In this document: positions 48,533 through 61,900 of the stretch, piece after piece
How the letters are laid out: each line of letters starts with the position of its first letter
Numbering within the stretch: position 1 is the stretch's first letter
NCBI RefSeq assembly: GCF_964355755.1
Contig: NC_092672.1
Span: forward strand, 11,966,001 to 12,030,000
DNA: 64,000 bases
Direction: 5' to 3'
DNA from: Antedon mediterranea
Lineage: Eukaryota; Animalia; Echinodermata
Position numbers and translations under genes: made by a program
Notes under the pieces: model-generated
Seen by the model: only the letters and a program-made list of their open reading frames with translations
Told to the model about the DNA's origin: nothing
Database searches by the model: none

Positions 48533-49250
48533 TGATATAGCATAAATTGCAAACAAATAGCTGTTTGCTATACTTGATATAGCCATAAATAGCAAACAAA
48601 TAGCTGTACAATTGTAATACTTGATATAGCCATAAATAGCAAACAAATAGATGTGTAATTGCTATACTTTATATAGCCATAAATAGCAAACAAATAGCTG
48701 TGCAATTGCTGCTATACTTTATATAGCCATAAATTGCAAACAAATAGCTGTACAATTGTAATAATATATATAGCCATAAATAGCAAACAAATAGCTGTAC
48801 AATTGCTATACTTTATATAGCTGCCATAAATTGCAAACAAATAGCTGTGCAATTGCTATACTTTATAGCCATAAATAGCAAACAAATAGCTGTACAATTG
48901 CTATACTTTATATAGCCATAAATTGCAAACAAATAGCTGTACAATTGTAATACTTGGTATAGCCATAAATAGCAAACAAATAGCTGTGTAATTGCTATAC
49001 TTTATATAGCCATAAATAGCAAACAAATAGCTGTGTGATTGCTATACTTGATATAGCCATAAATTGCAAACAAATAGCTGTACAATTGCTATACTTTATA
49101 TAGCTGCCATAAATTGCAAACAAATAGATGTGTAATTGCTATACTTTATATAGCCATAAATAGCCAACAAATAGCTGTACAATGGTTATACTTGATATAG
49201 CCATAAATAGCAAACAAATAGCTGTGCAACTGCTATACTTGGTAATAGCC
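48533..49250. repeat. 47-bp minisatellite, about 15 copies
   Basis: Unit gctatactttatatagccataaatagcaaacaaatagctgtacaatt, with an internal palindrome gctata..tatagc. Confidence 0.92.
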
Positions 49251-49726
49251 AGATTGTCCCTGCGATTTGTTGATCCTCATACTGAAGCACAGGCGGACTG
49301 GAAATTGTAGACGCCGAAACTCAAACGGAAGATCTTTTGGTATAACTGGGATTTTTGGTATGAAAACATCTTCATTTTTGTACGGACCTGTTAAAATGTT
49401 GATTATGATTTGTTTTTGTGGAAATCTGAGTTTAGAATTTCGAGAGAGGTAACATTTAATTTCTTAACTGTCAGGAAAAACAGAAAGGACATTACAGTAA
49501 TTGTGGTTGCGGTCGTTGGAGACAGTTTGATAAATACAGAAACAACTACTACACAAAAGGAAATATTAAACGCATTGTACACAATGAGTTTCGTTTACTA
49601 CATTCTGGTTTACTACATTCTCGTTTACTACATTCTCGCCGCATCTGTAGGCCTATAATTCCTGTTGACAAACTCCTTTGACAACAGCAGAACATACATG
49701 GTTATGTGGTTGATGACTGGCCTGAA

Positions 49727-50083
49727 CCAGCGAGTGAGTGGCCGAGCGGTTATGAAACTGTGGAACCGTAATTACGTAGCCATAACATCGGCAAGGGTTC
49801 TAGGCTCACTCGCTCCATGGTTCTGGTGGTAGAACGAGTCTTCTCGGATAAGGACTATAAACCATAGGTCCAGTGTACACATACCTCATGTGCACTTTAA
49901 AGAACCTAGTACATCTTTCGAGACGAGTAGGGGGTTACCCAGGTGTACTAGTCTACACAAACACAGCCACTGTCACACACAACCACTGTGCAATTTGGAC
50001 TGGACCGTTTTTAGAGGTGTTTACCACCTAGCTGTTGGTCCCGATTCTTTACTAACAGTGTTGGTGAGAAGTTAAATAAATAA
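49727..50083 (+). mobile_element. tRNA-derived SINE with a Deu/Nin-like central domain
   Basis: A-box tggccgagcgg, B-box-like ggttctaggc, core gtcttctcggataaggactataaacc..aggtcc...ctttaaagaacc...tttcgagacgagtagggg, (taaa)n tail. Confidence 0.75.
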
Positions 50084-50231
50084 CCATTCGTAGTAAAACA
50101 CTGGAATATGTAGGAAAAACGTTATGTTGTTTAATAACGACTACATACAAATATTTCGAATTTGAATATAAATATACCGTCTAAGAATACTTACAGTGAA
50201 TATTCTTTCCTGGATTAACATAAACATAAAA

Positions 50232-52898
50232 GACAAATTTCGTTTTTGTAAAAGCACAAGTTAACGGAGTACTTACTCGAACGTTTCGATCTCTATCAGA
50301 GATCCTTCTCAACTGACTGCGGAGTGTTAATGCAGCTTGGTCATTCTTGACGTCATCTGTTGATGACGTCGTACGCCTCCGGTTGTAGGTTGGAGGTTGT
50401 GCGGGGCTCGGCCAGGTGATGTGTCTATCAAATCATTGTACAAATGCGAGAGTTCGTCGTGGGCTACAGTGTCCCGGTTCATGGTCTTCTCCTTATTTCT
50501 CCTTATATGTAATGATTCTCTAATCTGTCTGTCTTTGCGTTTAGACTCTTTGGTTAAGATGGTCGCCTCCCAGTTCGGTACATGATTGTGTTTTATGACA
50601 TGTTCTGTAATGGCAGATTTGTGTATGATCGAAGATGTGGATGTTCTGGAGGCCCTAGTCATTACTCCCCCCGTGTTTGTTGTAACATCTTTTTTGTGAT
50701 CATTAATTCGTGTTTGTAATGCCCTCCCTGTTTCCCCAATGTAAACTTGTGGACAGTTGCGGCAGGTGACTTCGTAGATTACTCCACATGTATCCATCTT
50801 CTCGATTTTATCTTTTGGGTGGACGAGGCTATTCTTGATTTTATTTTGGGGTAGGAAATAGGTTCCGACATTGTGATAGGAGAGAGTGCGTCGTATTCTT
50901 TCTGCCATTCCTTTTACATAGGGGATTCCTATGCTACCTCGCATCTTGATCTTTTCCTTCTGTGGTTCGTGTCCGTTGTTCTTTTTTCTTTTTCGGTTTT
51001 CCATAACTCTCTGGAAGGACCACTCTGGATACTGGCAGTTGTGTAACGCTTTCTTGATGTTATCCATCTCAACTTTCCTCAAATCCATACCTCCCACTAC
51101 CTTCTCAGCTCTGTCCACAAGCGTGTTTATAAGCCCCAGTTTGTGTTCGAGTGGATGATGTGAGTTGAAATGTAAATATTGGTCTGTGTGAGTGGGCTTC
51201 CGATAGACTGAGGTGGTAACAGTTCCATTGTCATTGAGTGTGATGAGCATGTCCAGGAAAGGTATTGTGTTGTTTGTCATGGATTCTGTGGTGAACTTGA
51301 TATTGTCAGTTATATCGATGTTATTAAGATGTGTGTTAAATGTATGTACTGTACCTGTGGGGATGATAGCTAATACATCATCAACGTATCGTTTCCAATA
51401 CACAGGCTTGATGTTAGTGGGTGCCGTGTTTATGGCTTGATGTTCGAGCCACTCTAGATACAAGTTCGCCAATATAGGACTTATTGGGCTTCCCATAGCA
51501 ATGCCTTGTATTTGCCTATAAATGTTACCATTGAACGAGAAATAGGTTTTGTTCACAATTAAACCGAGGAGCTCCATTATGTCTGTCACATGTAGTTTAG
51601 TTCTATCCAGAAGTGTCGGATCTGTTGTTAGGCGATTTTCGACAACTTTGAGGGCCTCTTCTACATGGTGAGCGACACTAATGTTTACGAACTGCCAAAA
51701 CGTAATCCAACACAAAACTATAAACGAAAAGTGGTCAACATCATAGGCAGGTTGTTCAAAGAAAAGAAAATCAACTACAGAGAGAAAGAATGGCTGTTTC
51801 TCACGGCTGAAATTGTACCTAGGTTGTATTGTCTTCCGAAGATACATAAACCAAATTGGCCATTAAGACCTATAGTAGATAACATCAACACCGTTTTTTA
51901 CACCGTTGCACAATTCCTCACCAAAATCCTGTGTCCGCTTGTCGGAAACACAGAACATCATGTAACTTACTCAGGAGAGTTGGCGAGTGAACTAAAAGAA
52001 ATAATAGTCAAACCAAGTGAAACATTTGTCTCGTTTCAAATATGGATTTGAGGAAAGTTGAGATGGATAACATCAAGAAAGCGTTACACAACTGCTAGTA
52101 TCCAGAGTGGTCCTTCCAGAGAGTTATGGAAAACCGAAAAAGAAAAAAGAACAAAGGAAACGAACCACAGAAGGAAAAGATCAAGATGCGAGGTAGCATA
52201 GGAATCCCCTATGTAAAAGGAATGGCAGAAAGAATACGGCGCACTCTCTCCTATCACAATGTCGGAACCTATTTCCTACCCCAAAATAAAATCAAGAATA
52301 GCCTCGTCCACCCAAAAGATAAAACCGAGAAGATGGATACATGTGGAGTAATCTACGAAGTCACCTGCCGCAACTGTCCACAAGTTTACATTGGAGAAAC
52401 AGGGAGGGCATTACAAACACGAATTAATGATCACAAAAAAGATGTTACAACAAACACGGGGGGAGTAATGACTAGGGCCTCCAGAACATCCACATCTTCG
52501 ATCATACACAAATCTGCCATTACAGAACATGTCATAAAACACAATCATGTACCGAACTGGGAGGCGACCATCTTAACCAAAGAGTCTAAACGCAAAGACA
52601 GACAGATTAGAGAATCATTACATATAAGGAGAAATAAGGAGAAGACCATGAACCGGGACACTGGAGCCCACGACGAACTCTCGCATTTGTACAATGATTT
52701 GATAGACACATCACCTGGCCGAGCCCCGCACAACCTCCAACCTACAACCGGAGGCGTACGACGTCATCAACAGATGACGTCAAGAATGACCAAGCTGCAT
52801 TAACACTCCGCAGTCAGTTGAGAAGGATCTCTGATAGAGATCGAAACGTTCGAGTAAGTACTCCGTTAACTTGTGCTTTTACAAAAACGAAATTTGTC
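50232..52898. mobile_element. Penelope-like element: minus-strand RT+GIY-YIG copy, inverted RT 5' fragment, and an inverted second 3' copy
   Basis: RT GIAMGSPISP...RYVDD, YRKPTHTDQYL; GIY-YIG VIYEVTCRNC...YIGETGR. ~858-bp inverted repeats at 50232-51089 and 52041-52898. Plus-strand fragment 51665-52036 reads PRLYCLPKIHK...LRPIV. Confidence 0.93.
52810..52856 (+). ncRNA. Putative Penelope-associated minimal hammerhead ribozyme (mirror copy at ~50274-50320, minus strand)
   Basis: TTGAGAA-G-GATCTC-tgata-GAGATC-GAAAC-GTT just after the ORF stop: variant core box, stem II and GAAA box. Confidence 0.6.
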
Positions 52899-53429
52899 AT
52901 CTATACAAAATCGAAGCTAAATGAAATTCTTTCAAGATAAACATAAAACTCTACAGTGAATAAAATGTAAAACACTGGAATTTAGAAAAAAACGTTTTAC
53001 GTTTTGATAACGACTACATACGTATAATTCAAATTTGAATAAACAGACCATGTAGGAATCATATCTACAGTGAATACAATTCACTGTAGAACCGAAATAA
53101 TAAATGGTGCCGTTTTCGCCGTTACTGCTTTTATAGTCTTGAATGAAACCCTCTGGAAATTCCACACTTGATAGCCTTTTGATACAAAGGTAATTTTTAA
53201 AATATTTAATTCATAATTTAAGTCATAATTCAGTAACTATTTGGTTTACGAACTTATTATATAACCATCTCCGGGAATTAACACCACGGCGGGCATAGAG
53301 GACAAACTGTTTGTGTTTGCATTTTATATAGATTATGATTGCATAGATTATGCAAATTATTTTTATATAAAAAACCTTTTCTTGCAATTAGTTTGATTTA
53401 AAAATGTATTACCCGTGGGCTAGTTACCT

Positions 53430-54180
53430 CGGTGTTTTTTTGGCCCTGTGTTTTTTCTCTGCGACATTGACGTTGGTCCCCTCTCGCTTGTTTCCTGGGT
53501 CTGAATGATGTCATCGTATATTATCATATGTTAGAGGTTGTGTCCACCGTCGTCTCTCGTTCTTGTATCTGTGGTTTTTCTTATCCAAATAGATTCTCTT
53601 ACTTTTAAAAATGAAGTATTATGTTTGTAATAGTGTAGCCCTCCAATACAAAAGACATATCGTCCGATAGAGGGCGGCAGATAGAGAGATTAGAAAGATC
53701 ATAACATAGAGCATGTGTAATGTTATAAATGTTCAGTGAGAATAAAGCCATCCCAAACCACTATATTTGAAGTGTTTATATTCATTTTCGGAGTCGGGAA
53801 CATAACATATGGTAATCCACGATATATTATGTTTAGTTAAATAGCATGGTCTGTTTTTGGAAGATTTTGGATGTATGCATATGTTTCTTGATCTGTTTTG
53901 TGTTCTTTTTTTACATATGATTTGTGTCCCAACTCTTTATTTGAGTGTTCCGCCTTTTTAACCGAATATAATGTAAACTGTTAAAAAAAATTCGGGAAAC
54001 CTTATGTATACAGTCAAAATGCTTTTTCTTTTTTTATTGTCATCATTTGGTGATACTAAACCCAATCTAAATTTGCTTTGTGATGTGAAATGCGTGTTTA
54101 TGCTGTGCGTTTTTAGTGTTCTTTTGATTCTTTTAGTCATTCAGTGCACATATGGGATCTCCACAAATCCTAAGTCAAGG
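53430..54180 (-). pseudogene. Older degenerate Penelope GIY-YIG-region fragment
   Basis: VEIPYV...KRIKRTLKTHSINTHF and RESIWI...RDDGGHNL...IYDDII on the minus strand. Confidence 0.6.
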
Positions 54181-55973
54181 CATTTCTACAAATTTTTCAC
54201 TGATTATAACTATGCTACTCCAACTGTACAAAACAAATAGGATATTTTCTCTGATATAAAAGAACTACATTGGGAAGCAATAATGTCATAATCAAGTGTG
54301 GTGTTTGAAAAAATGAGGTCTAAACACAGTTCAATTATATAAGCTTTTTGCATAACATTTTAATTTATAAAAAAAATCTAAGCAAATAGAAATTATCAAA
54401 TTCCAATAGATGTATGAAAAATGTAATGCAGGTGTCTAAAATAAAGAGCACATGCTAGTTAAATGTAAATTATGTTAACAAATACTAGTCTAACCTTAAT
54501 AAATTGTGTAACCGTAAGCTGTACAGGTATATATATATATAATTTCTTTAAGCATAATATCAGTTGCCCGTGGCTGAAACAGTCATGAAATGTTTATTTC
54601 AATTATAGTAAAACCAATATTGCTGTATACATAATACAAAGAAATAACTGCATTCAAATTATATTATTATTATTATAATTGTATACTATACATTTATACA
54701 AGAATATAATGTATATACAAGATAAGAACATATAAGAAAATTATTATGATTGTTTAAGAATAAATGTCAAAAGAATTTTTTTTTCTGCACATGAGTTATC
54801 CTTTAGACATAAATTATTAAAAACAAAATTAAATTCACCTCATGCACTGTAAACATTTTTGTTACAGGATTGCATAATCAATTGTTCGTTCATTCATACG
54901 TGCGTTATAATGTTTCGTTTGCGCAGCGCAGACAACCAAACTCGTCCAATTTCACATATACCTGTACTTTATTTAATATGTTATTGATAGTATCGTTATA
55001 ATTAATATCAATTTAAATGAATACCGTGTTCAGATATAATTTAAAACTAACCATAAAATAAAAAACGAGATGCAAGCAACACATGTAATAAGTAAAATCA
55101 TTTCTAATAAATTGGAGAAATGTATTAACGCCTTTAAATTAATTAATTTCATAATAGGACGAACAGAACATATGCTAACCTACACGAACAATAATATATT
55201 ATGCAATTGGGATAGTTACTGGTATATATTTAACGATAATGCAATAGTACCTCTATGCTTAGTATACCAGTTTTAAGTTTCGTAGGAAATTTCATGTGAA
55301 CCCATGCCATCATGTATATATTATGTTAGACTGATACAAATTAATAATCAAGCTAAAATATATGGTCAATGTCAATTTATGAGTATTAATAATTCATACT
55401 TTAAAAGTGTAACCATTGGTAGTGGGCAAAAGCTATTTAAACTAAAAAACTATATTAATTACTATACACTACTCATAATTTGAATTATTATTTCATTTAG
55501 GACTACTTATTTGAATTAAATTGACAGTTTATAGTATAGTACACTATAAATTGAACTGCAACTAACACAACTAAGTAATACTCTAATGTAGAGAACTCAA
55601 AGTAAAACATTATTATAAAGATCTTGCAACTATAACCCCCAGACGCTTAACGTTTACGTCCTTCACAATAGTACTTTGCCTACACATTCTCAAATACGAA
55701 AGTTTTACTTGATCATTAAGTATAAACTAATCTAAATAAGTAAATACCAGAATATTATTTAGATAAACTACATCAACCAGGGTAGCTCCATATAAGGAGA
55801 CTGAAGGCATGTTGATTATTGGACGTTTAGATCTACTTGATTATTTTCAAAGATTATTTTAATTGGTGTTACATATGAGAATTGTATTCATAAAATGTCG
55901 TGAAGCATTTCGAATTACAGTACATTGTATGTTACTATCTTTAAACACAATCTACCAATGCACTGACATTGAT

Positions 55974-58900
55974 TTATAGACCTAAACCCTTTTTTAGCAC
56001 ATTGGCTTCGATCATCATTCTGTTCCTTTCAAGTTTATCAATAAATACACCCATGTCATTAAACACATATCTCTTATCCAGTTCAAACAAGAGGTCCCAC
56101 TCATTTGCTATTTGGTCAACAGCAATTTTATACCAACGGCAAATCGCATTTCTCTTATCTTCATTTAACATGCGACCAAATAGGATCAAATTTTGTCGAA
56201 GTTGGGAAAACTTAGTTATTGTGATACCGGTAACGAATCCATTGAAACACGGCATCTTCTGTTTAATGATATTCGCAGCACCATGCCATCCACACAAACT
56301 GAAACATTCAATGATCAAATCAACATTTGTACTGCTAATACGTCCAGTAGTAACAAGTAATCTGAATAGATTGAATGGGTCTCCTTCTTTCTCTATGGCT
56401 GCTACAGCAATGTCGTTGAAATCTAAAAGTAGTAACTTTAACATGTGTACATTCCCTTCATCTTTTACCCAGCTTGACAAGTCGACAAGAAGCTCCAGAA
56501 AGGCTTCATCAGAAAGATCTTATAAAGAAAACAAATTTGATTTTAGTAAAATTTATATTTTCATATACAAAATCTCAATTTATCCAAATATCGAAAGAAA
56601 AATAAAATAACTAACAATAAGTGAAAGGCCTAAAAATAATGGATATATAATATTACAAGAAAACAAATTTGGAAATGATAATAATCGCATGATGATGATG
56701 CGAATGTACTGTTATTATAGAAAATATCAAGGGTAACCGCGCTGCATGACAATGGTAAAATAAAGTTGGACAGGTATGTGATATATGTTATAGCAATGTG
56801 TCCGCTGGACGTAATATGCGCATACGCATTATTTTCAATGTTGTGACAGTGAGATTATAACGTATTGTAAGATTGTTACCTGTATTCAATGGAGCCAATG
56901 GTAGTGTTTCAGGTAGGCATACTGCTGTATTAATATCACCTGTACAAAAATTAAAAATAATGTTTTTAATGAAATATAACTTGAAAGCACAAATTCAAAA
57001 ATGTTTTGTTTAATTTGAAAAAAATAAACCGAAAACATAAATCGGCAGTAAAAAGAATGTAGTCAATGTTTGTTTACTTACGTTTCGCTGTTGTTCCTGT
57101 TGGCCCAGTGGCAGCTGCATCTTCTTGTTCAACTGTATCTAATGCGTAACACAGTAATAAACATTACTTACTTTCCACTAATTGATTTCAGAATATTGTA
57201 TGTGTACAAAGTTGAAATTGATTGATTTATTATTGTGTTGCTATCTATCGTGAATTATACAATACACCAGTGCACTAGAAGGCATTTGGCATTAGTGACA
57301 ATTATCTGTAGTTCTGTTCTGTAGGTCAACATAATATTTTTTTTAGAAAATGTTAATAACAATGTATACTTTCAACTAACCATCTACAAGCAGATACTTT
57401 AAACGATCAGTTTTCATAGACTTTCTGCCACATGGAACAGTATCTTCTTTCAGGCATTTTTCGAGATCGTGTAAATGAATATGTTCTGCTGTATGACAGG
57501 CGATACACAACACACGTAGGTTGTAACCAATTCCTTCATTAGTTTTCAGCACAGTTTTTAGTTGATGCGTTAAATATCGTAACACCTACAAACCAATTGA
57601 TAATAGAAAAGATGAGTTAAAAAACTGTTTTTGTAAAATGATTGTAATACTGTAGTTAAAAAGAAACCTTATAATCTTTACCTCAATGCATAAGCTCGGT
57701 TGCGGTCCATATATTACCTCTGTGTTATTATCATCAACTTCAATCCGACGGGATATTTCAAGCTGATGAGAAAAGTTGTCTTCTTTGTTAGTATTATGCC
57801 TACATATAGTACACTTATACAAGGGGAGAGTGACAATTTTACTCTTCCCTGCTATCCTACCGACTAAAATATTTGGAATGGAATATAAAAGGATCAAAAC
57901 AATTGACTATCGTGTCGACACTGAATATCAAACATTTTAGGTTATGAACTGACAATTCACTTAATTTCTATACCGCGGGACCATAGTAGGCCTATTATCA
58001 AACCGATATTGAAATACAGTATAATATAAGTATAAGTAACAGTAAATAAGTAAATTATACAATTAATAAATGTAGGTGGTTTGCATTGTGTATTCTCAAG
58101 CTAGCGTTTACCACTTAACCTAATTTATGCGTTTACTATTTATTTTTAACAGTAGCTTTATACTGTATACATTAGTGAAATGTTAGTTTCTAACGAATTC
58201 ATACAATATAACTTTTTATACTGTACCTTTAATGCATGCTTATTTTCCCTTTGATGCTCAATATTTACGGCACCTAAACGAACTTCATGATCCCCAAAAT
58301 CAAAGTCACTGCGATTTTGGAACACCACTTGATCACCACGCCTACCTTTGCTCTCCATTAAATACAGAAATGCAACAACTAATGTATTGTACACAGCATT
58401 AGGCAGAAAGTCAGTAGGTGTAAGATACATCGACAACGTGTGTTTCTCGTCTTTTTCAACTTTCAGGCTCTCTTTCGTGTTTTGCATTCGAGATGGAACA
58501 AGGAACATCCGGTTGTCTTCGCTTCGGTGCTGATGTAAAAAAAGTTTAATTATAGTGTTATGAAAAAGTAACATCGATTTGGAATAGGCCTACTATAATA
58601 ATCTCAGATTTAATCAAAAGCCAAGATGCTTAACCTACTTGTAATTTCTCATAGAGCAAACCAAATGTTTTCATCACTTCAGTAAAGATTTCAAAACGCT
58701 TTGAATCTTCCTGTAATTCATGTTTCCATAAATGCCGTAACAATTTTTCCTCAAGTATTCCTTCCTTGTTAAGCTTATTCCATAGCATTCTTAGTTCTTT
58801 CTGTTACCAAATAATAGAGAAAAAAAACTAATGAATAATAACTTATACATACACTATAAAACCGCAATATATTTCATCAAAACAACTAAAACGGATATTA

Positions 58901-61900
58901 GGTATCTATGTTGGACATGATAAGGAATATTGTTATCAAAAGAACTGGAAAGAAAAAATAGACGCATTAGAAAATACCCTAAAAACATGGGAGAAAAGAC
59001 ACCTCACTTTTTTTGGAAGAATTACTATTGTAAAAACATTAGCGCTCTCAAAAATTATATACAATTCCTGCATTTTGCTAGTACCAGAAAAAGTAATAAA
59101 AGAGGTGGATAAATTAATTTTTAAATTCATTTGGGAAACTAAGAAAGAGAAAATAAAAAGAAAAACCATGTGTGCCAATTACAGTCAAGGTGGTCTAAAA
59201 ATGGTAGAATTCAGATCTCAGGTAATATCTTTCCAAGTTAAATGGTACAGGAGACTGTATGAAAACGATGATGCCAAATGGAAATATTTACCTACATTTT
59301 ATATAGAAAAGATAGGCCCAAAATCATTAACCTCAAATTTATCAAAAGTTCCGTGTAATATATCCGTACCACCATTTTACCTCTCAGTTATTAAGTCTAT
59401 AGCAGTAGCTAATGCTTGTAATAATAGATTAAATAAGGAACCAATAAGCTATGATGACATTATTAATCAATCATTATGGGGTAATGAGTTTATATGTATT
59501 AAAAAGAAGCCGTTATATAACTGTAACTGGATTAGTTCAGGGTTTTTAAAAATATATGATGTAATAAATAATAATGTGTTTAAGCCTGCGATAGAGATAA
59601 AAAGAAGGTTAAGATGTACACAAAATTGGATCAGTGAATATTCATGTATATTGAAAGCCATTCCAAAAGAATGGAAATGTATTTTAAAATCAACACATGA
59701 CATTAATGTAAATGATATACCTATTACAAACAATAAGGTCTTAAATATGACGTCTAGACAATTATATAGATTCATAATAGATGCTCAATATATTACACCT
59801 ACGGCACAGGTTAAGTGGGAATCCATATTTGGTAATATGCCATGGACAAAAATATGGGTTAAAAAAGTTTCTGGTCTTAAAGAAAAAAAACTGGCACATT
59901 TTAATTTTAAATTGTTGCACAGAATATTGCCAACAAATGAAAGATTACATAGGTGGAGACTTGTAAATTCCCCATGTTGTGACACTTGCAATGTTATTGA
60001 GAATGATAAACATATGTTAGTAGAGTGCATAACAGTAAAATGTTTATGGAGAGAGATAAACGAAATAATTAGAGCAGTAAGCATACATATTCCTGTTTTT
60101 TCTTTCAAAAGACTTTTATTTGAAACTGACAATAATTACGTAAATAAATTATACACTTTAGGAGCATTTTGTATTTATAAAGTAAAGATATTAAGTTTAT
60201 TGGAAAAAGAAAAAAAAATCAATCTCCTACAAATGTTTAAATCTGAAAAAAAGATAAGAAATATGTAAATCTGCAGGTATACTGTATATGCTCAACCAGA
60301 TTAAGGAAGAAAATATGTAAATGAGATACCATGAATGATGAATCTATTATGTTTTTTTTTTTCTACTATACTGTATGTTTTGTAAACATGTATACCTTGA
60401 TGATTTGAAAACAAAAAGACAAAATGTGAAAAGCTTTTTATAGATTGAAGATAAAAAAAAATGATGAAGGATAAGAAGGTTTAGGTTTAAGTGGGGAAGT
60501 GTTTTCATCAAAGCTTTCATATTATAGGTATATACCGTATATATGTAATTTGCACATTCTTACTGCATGTGGATTTTTGAAATGATAAAATGGTTAAAAA
60601 GAAAAAAAGAATGTCTAATTTTTTTAATGGATCATTAAACACAAATGTTGTTAAATGATAATGTATGTATAAAAAAATAATAGAATAAATAATAAGTAAA
60701 AAAAAATAATTGAATGAACCCACATAGGAAAAAAAAAAGTTAAATGAAACTTTGATGGGTTATACTGTAGATGCAAAAAAGGATAATCTGTTGGAAATAA
60801 ATTTTGTAAACATTTAAAGATCAAAAAAATCAATGTTAAAGGATGGGACAAACCCATGGGATGGATTTATTAAACATAAACGTATTATAATTGTATGAAA
60901 TAAATATGCATGTAGATGAAAAAAAAAAACAAAAACAACTATGTAAGAAAAAATAAGCTTTGTTAATGAAAATGTGTTATAGATAATATGTATAAAAAGA
61001 GGAAACTATGTAATCAATGTGGTTAAATGATAATGTATGTATAAACAAAATAATATATGGAAATAGTTTTTTTTTTTTTAAAGAAAATAAGTAAAAAAAA
61101 AAAAAAGTGGAATGAATCCACATAAGAGAAGAAAGTAAAAAAGTTAAATGAAAATTTAAGAAGTTATAGATGAAAAAAAGGATCTGCTGGTTTTGTAAAC
61201 ATTAAAGAACAAAAATATTAATATTAATGTTAAAGGATGAGAACAATATTATGTTAACAGTAAACATGTAGTAAGTAATGAGTATAACAGAGAATATGCA
61301 TTGTTAAATGAAAATGTGGTAGATGAAAAAATCAAAAACAACTATGTAAGAAAAAAAAAAGCTTGTTATTGAAAATGTGTTACAGATAATATGTTTAATC
61401 AATGTGATAATATGTAAACAAATGAATAAATAAGTATATGTATACAGATGATTAAACAAACATTGTAAATATAATGATATGTATAGTGTATAGTGAAAAA
61501 TATATGTAAAGAGAACAGTGGTTTGGAAATAAAAGTGGGATGAACCCACATAAGATAAAAAAAAAAAAACAACTAAAACGTTTTATATTCACATTGTTTT
61601 GTAACAATTATTTTGTTAACCATATCTACTTACCACTTTTATAACTGGTCGTTTCACTGTGATCACTCTTGTCACCATTTCAAGCATCATGTAAAGATTT
61701 GTTATCACTGTGTTTCTTAATTTCTTGTTAGTACTTGAATACATGATAACTCCAATGTCATTCAGGTACGCTATGGCAGTAGATAGCCCGTCTTTTGAAA
61801 TTCCACATTGAGTGCCGATTTTAGATGTCTAATGCAAATTAATAAGAAAATAGAGTGTACTGAATTTGATGATTAAGTATTGTTATTTTCTTTTAAAATA

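Larger units (their letters stand above)
39574..49301. mobile_element. Outer minisatellite-bearing DNA element (possibly Sola-like), host of the nested insertions
   Basis: Short imperfect TIRs ccagtcc / ggactgg, aaat on both flanks (39570-39573 and 49302-49305); the minisatellite begins left of the nested elements and resumes right of them. Confidence 0.45.

Noticed and set aside
48533-49250. Regular repeat array that could be mistaken for a CRISPR
   Set aside because: Units are contiguous with no unique spacers, the context is eukaryotic and there are no cas genes; it is a minisatellite.
50327-51847. 506-aa ORF as an intact Penelope protein
   Set aside because: Its first ~60 aa are antisense read-through of the inverted RT fragment; real homology starts at VEEALKVV.
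53624-53807. Possible short solo LTR (aataaa, ends ataaca, tatg flanks)
   Set aside because: The 5' end lacks a clean TG matching the TSD; too weak to call.
55969-56610. 213-aa plus-strand ORF
   Set aside because: Antisense shadow of the copy 2 tDED exon.
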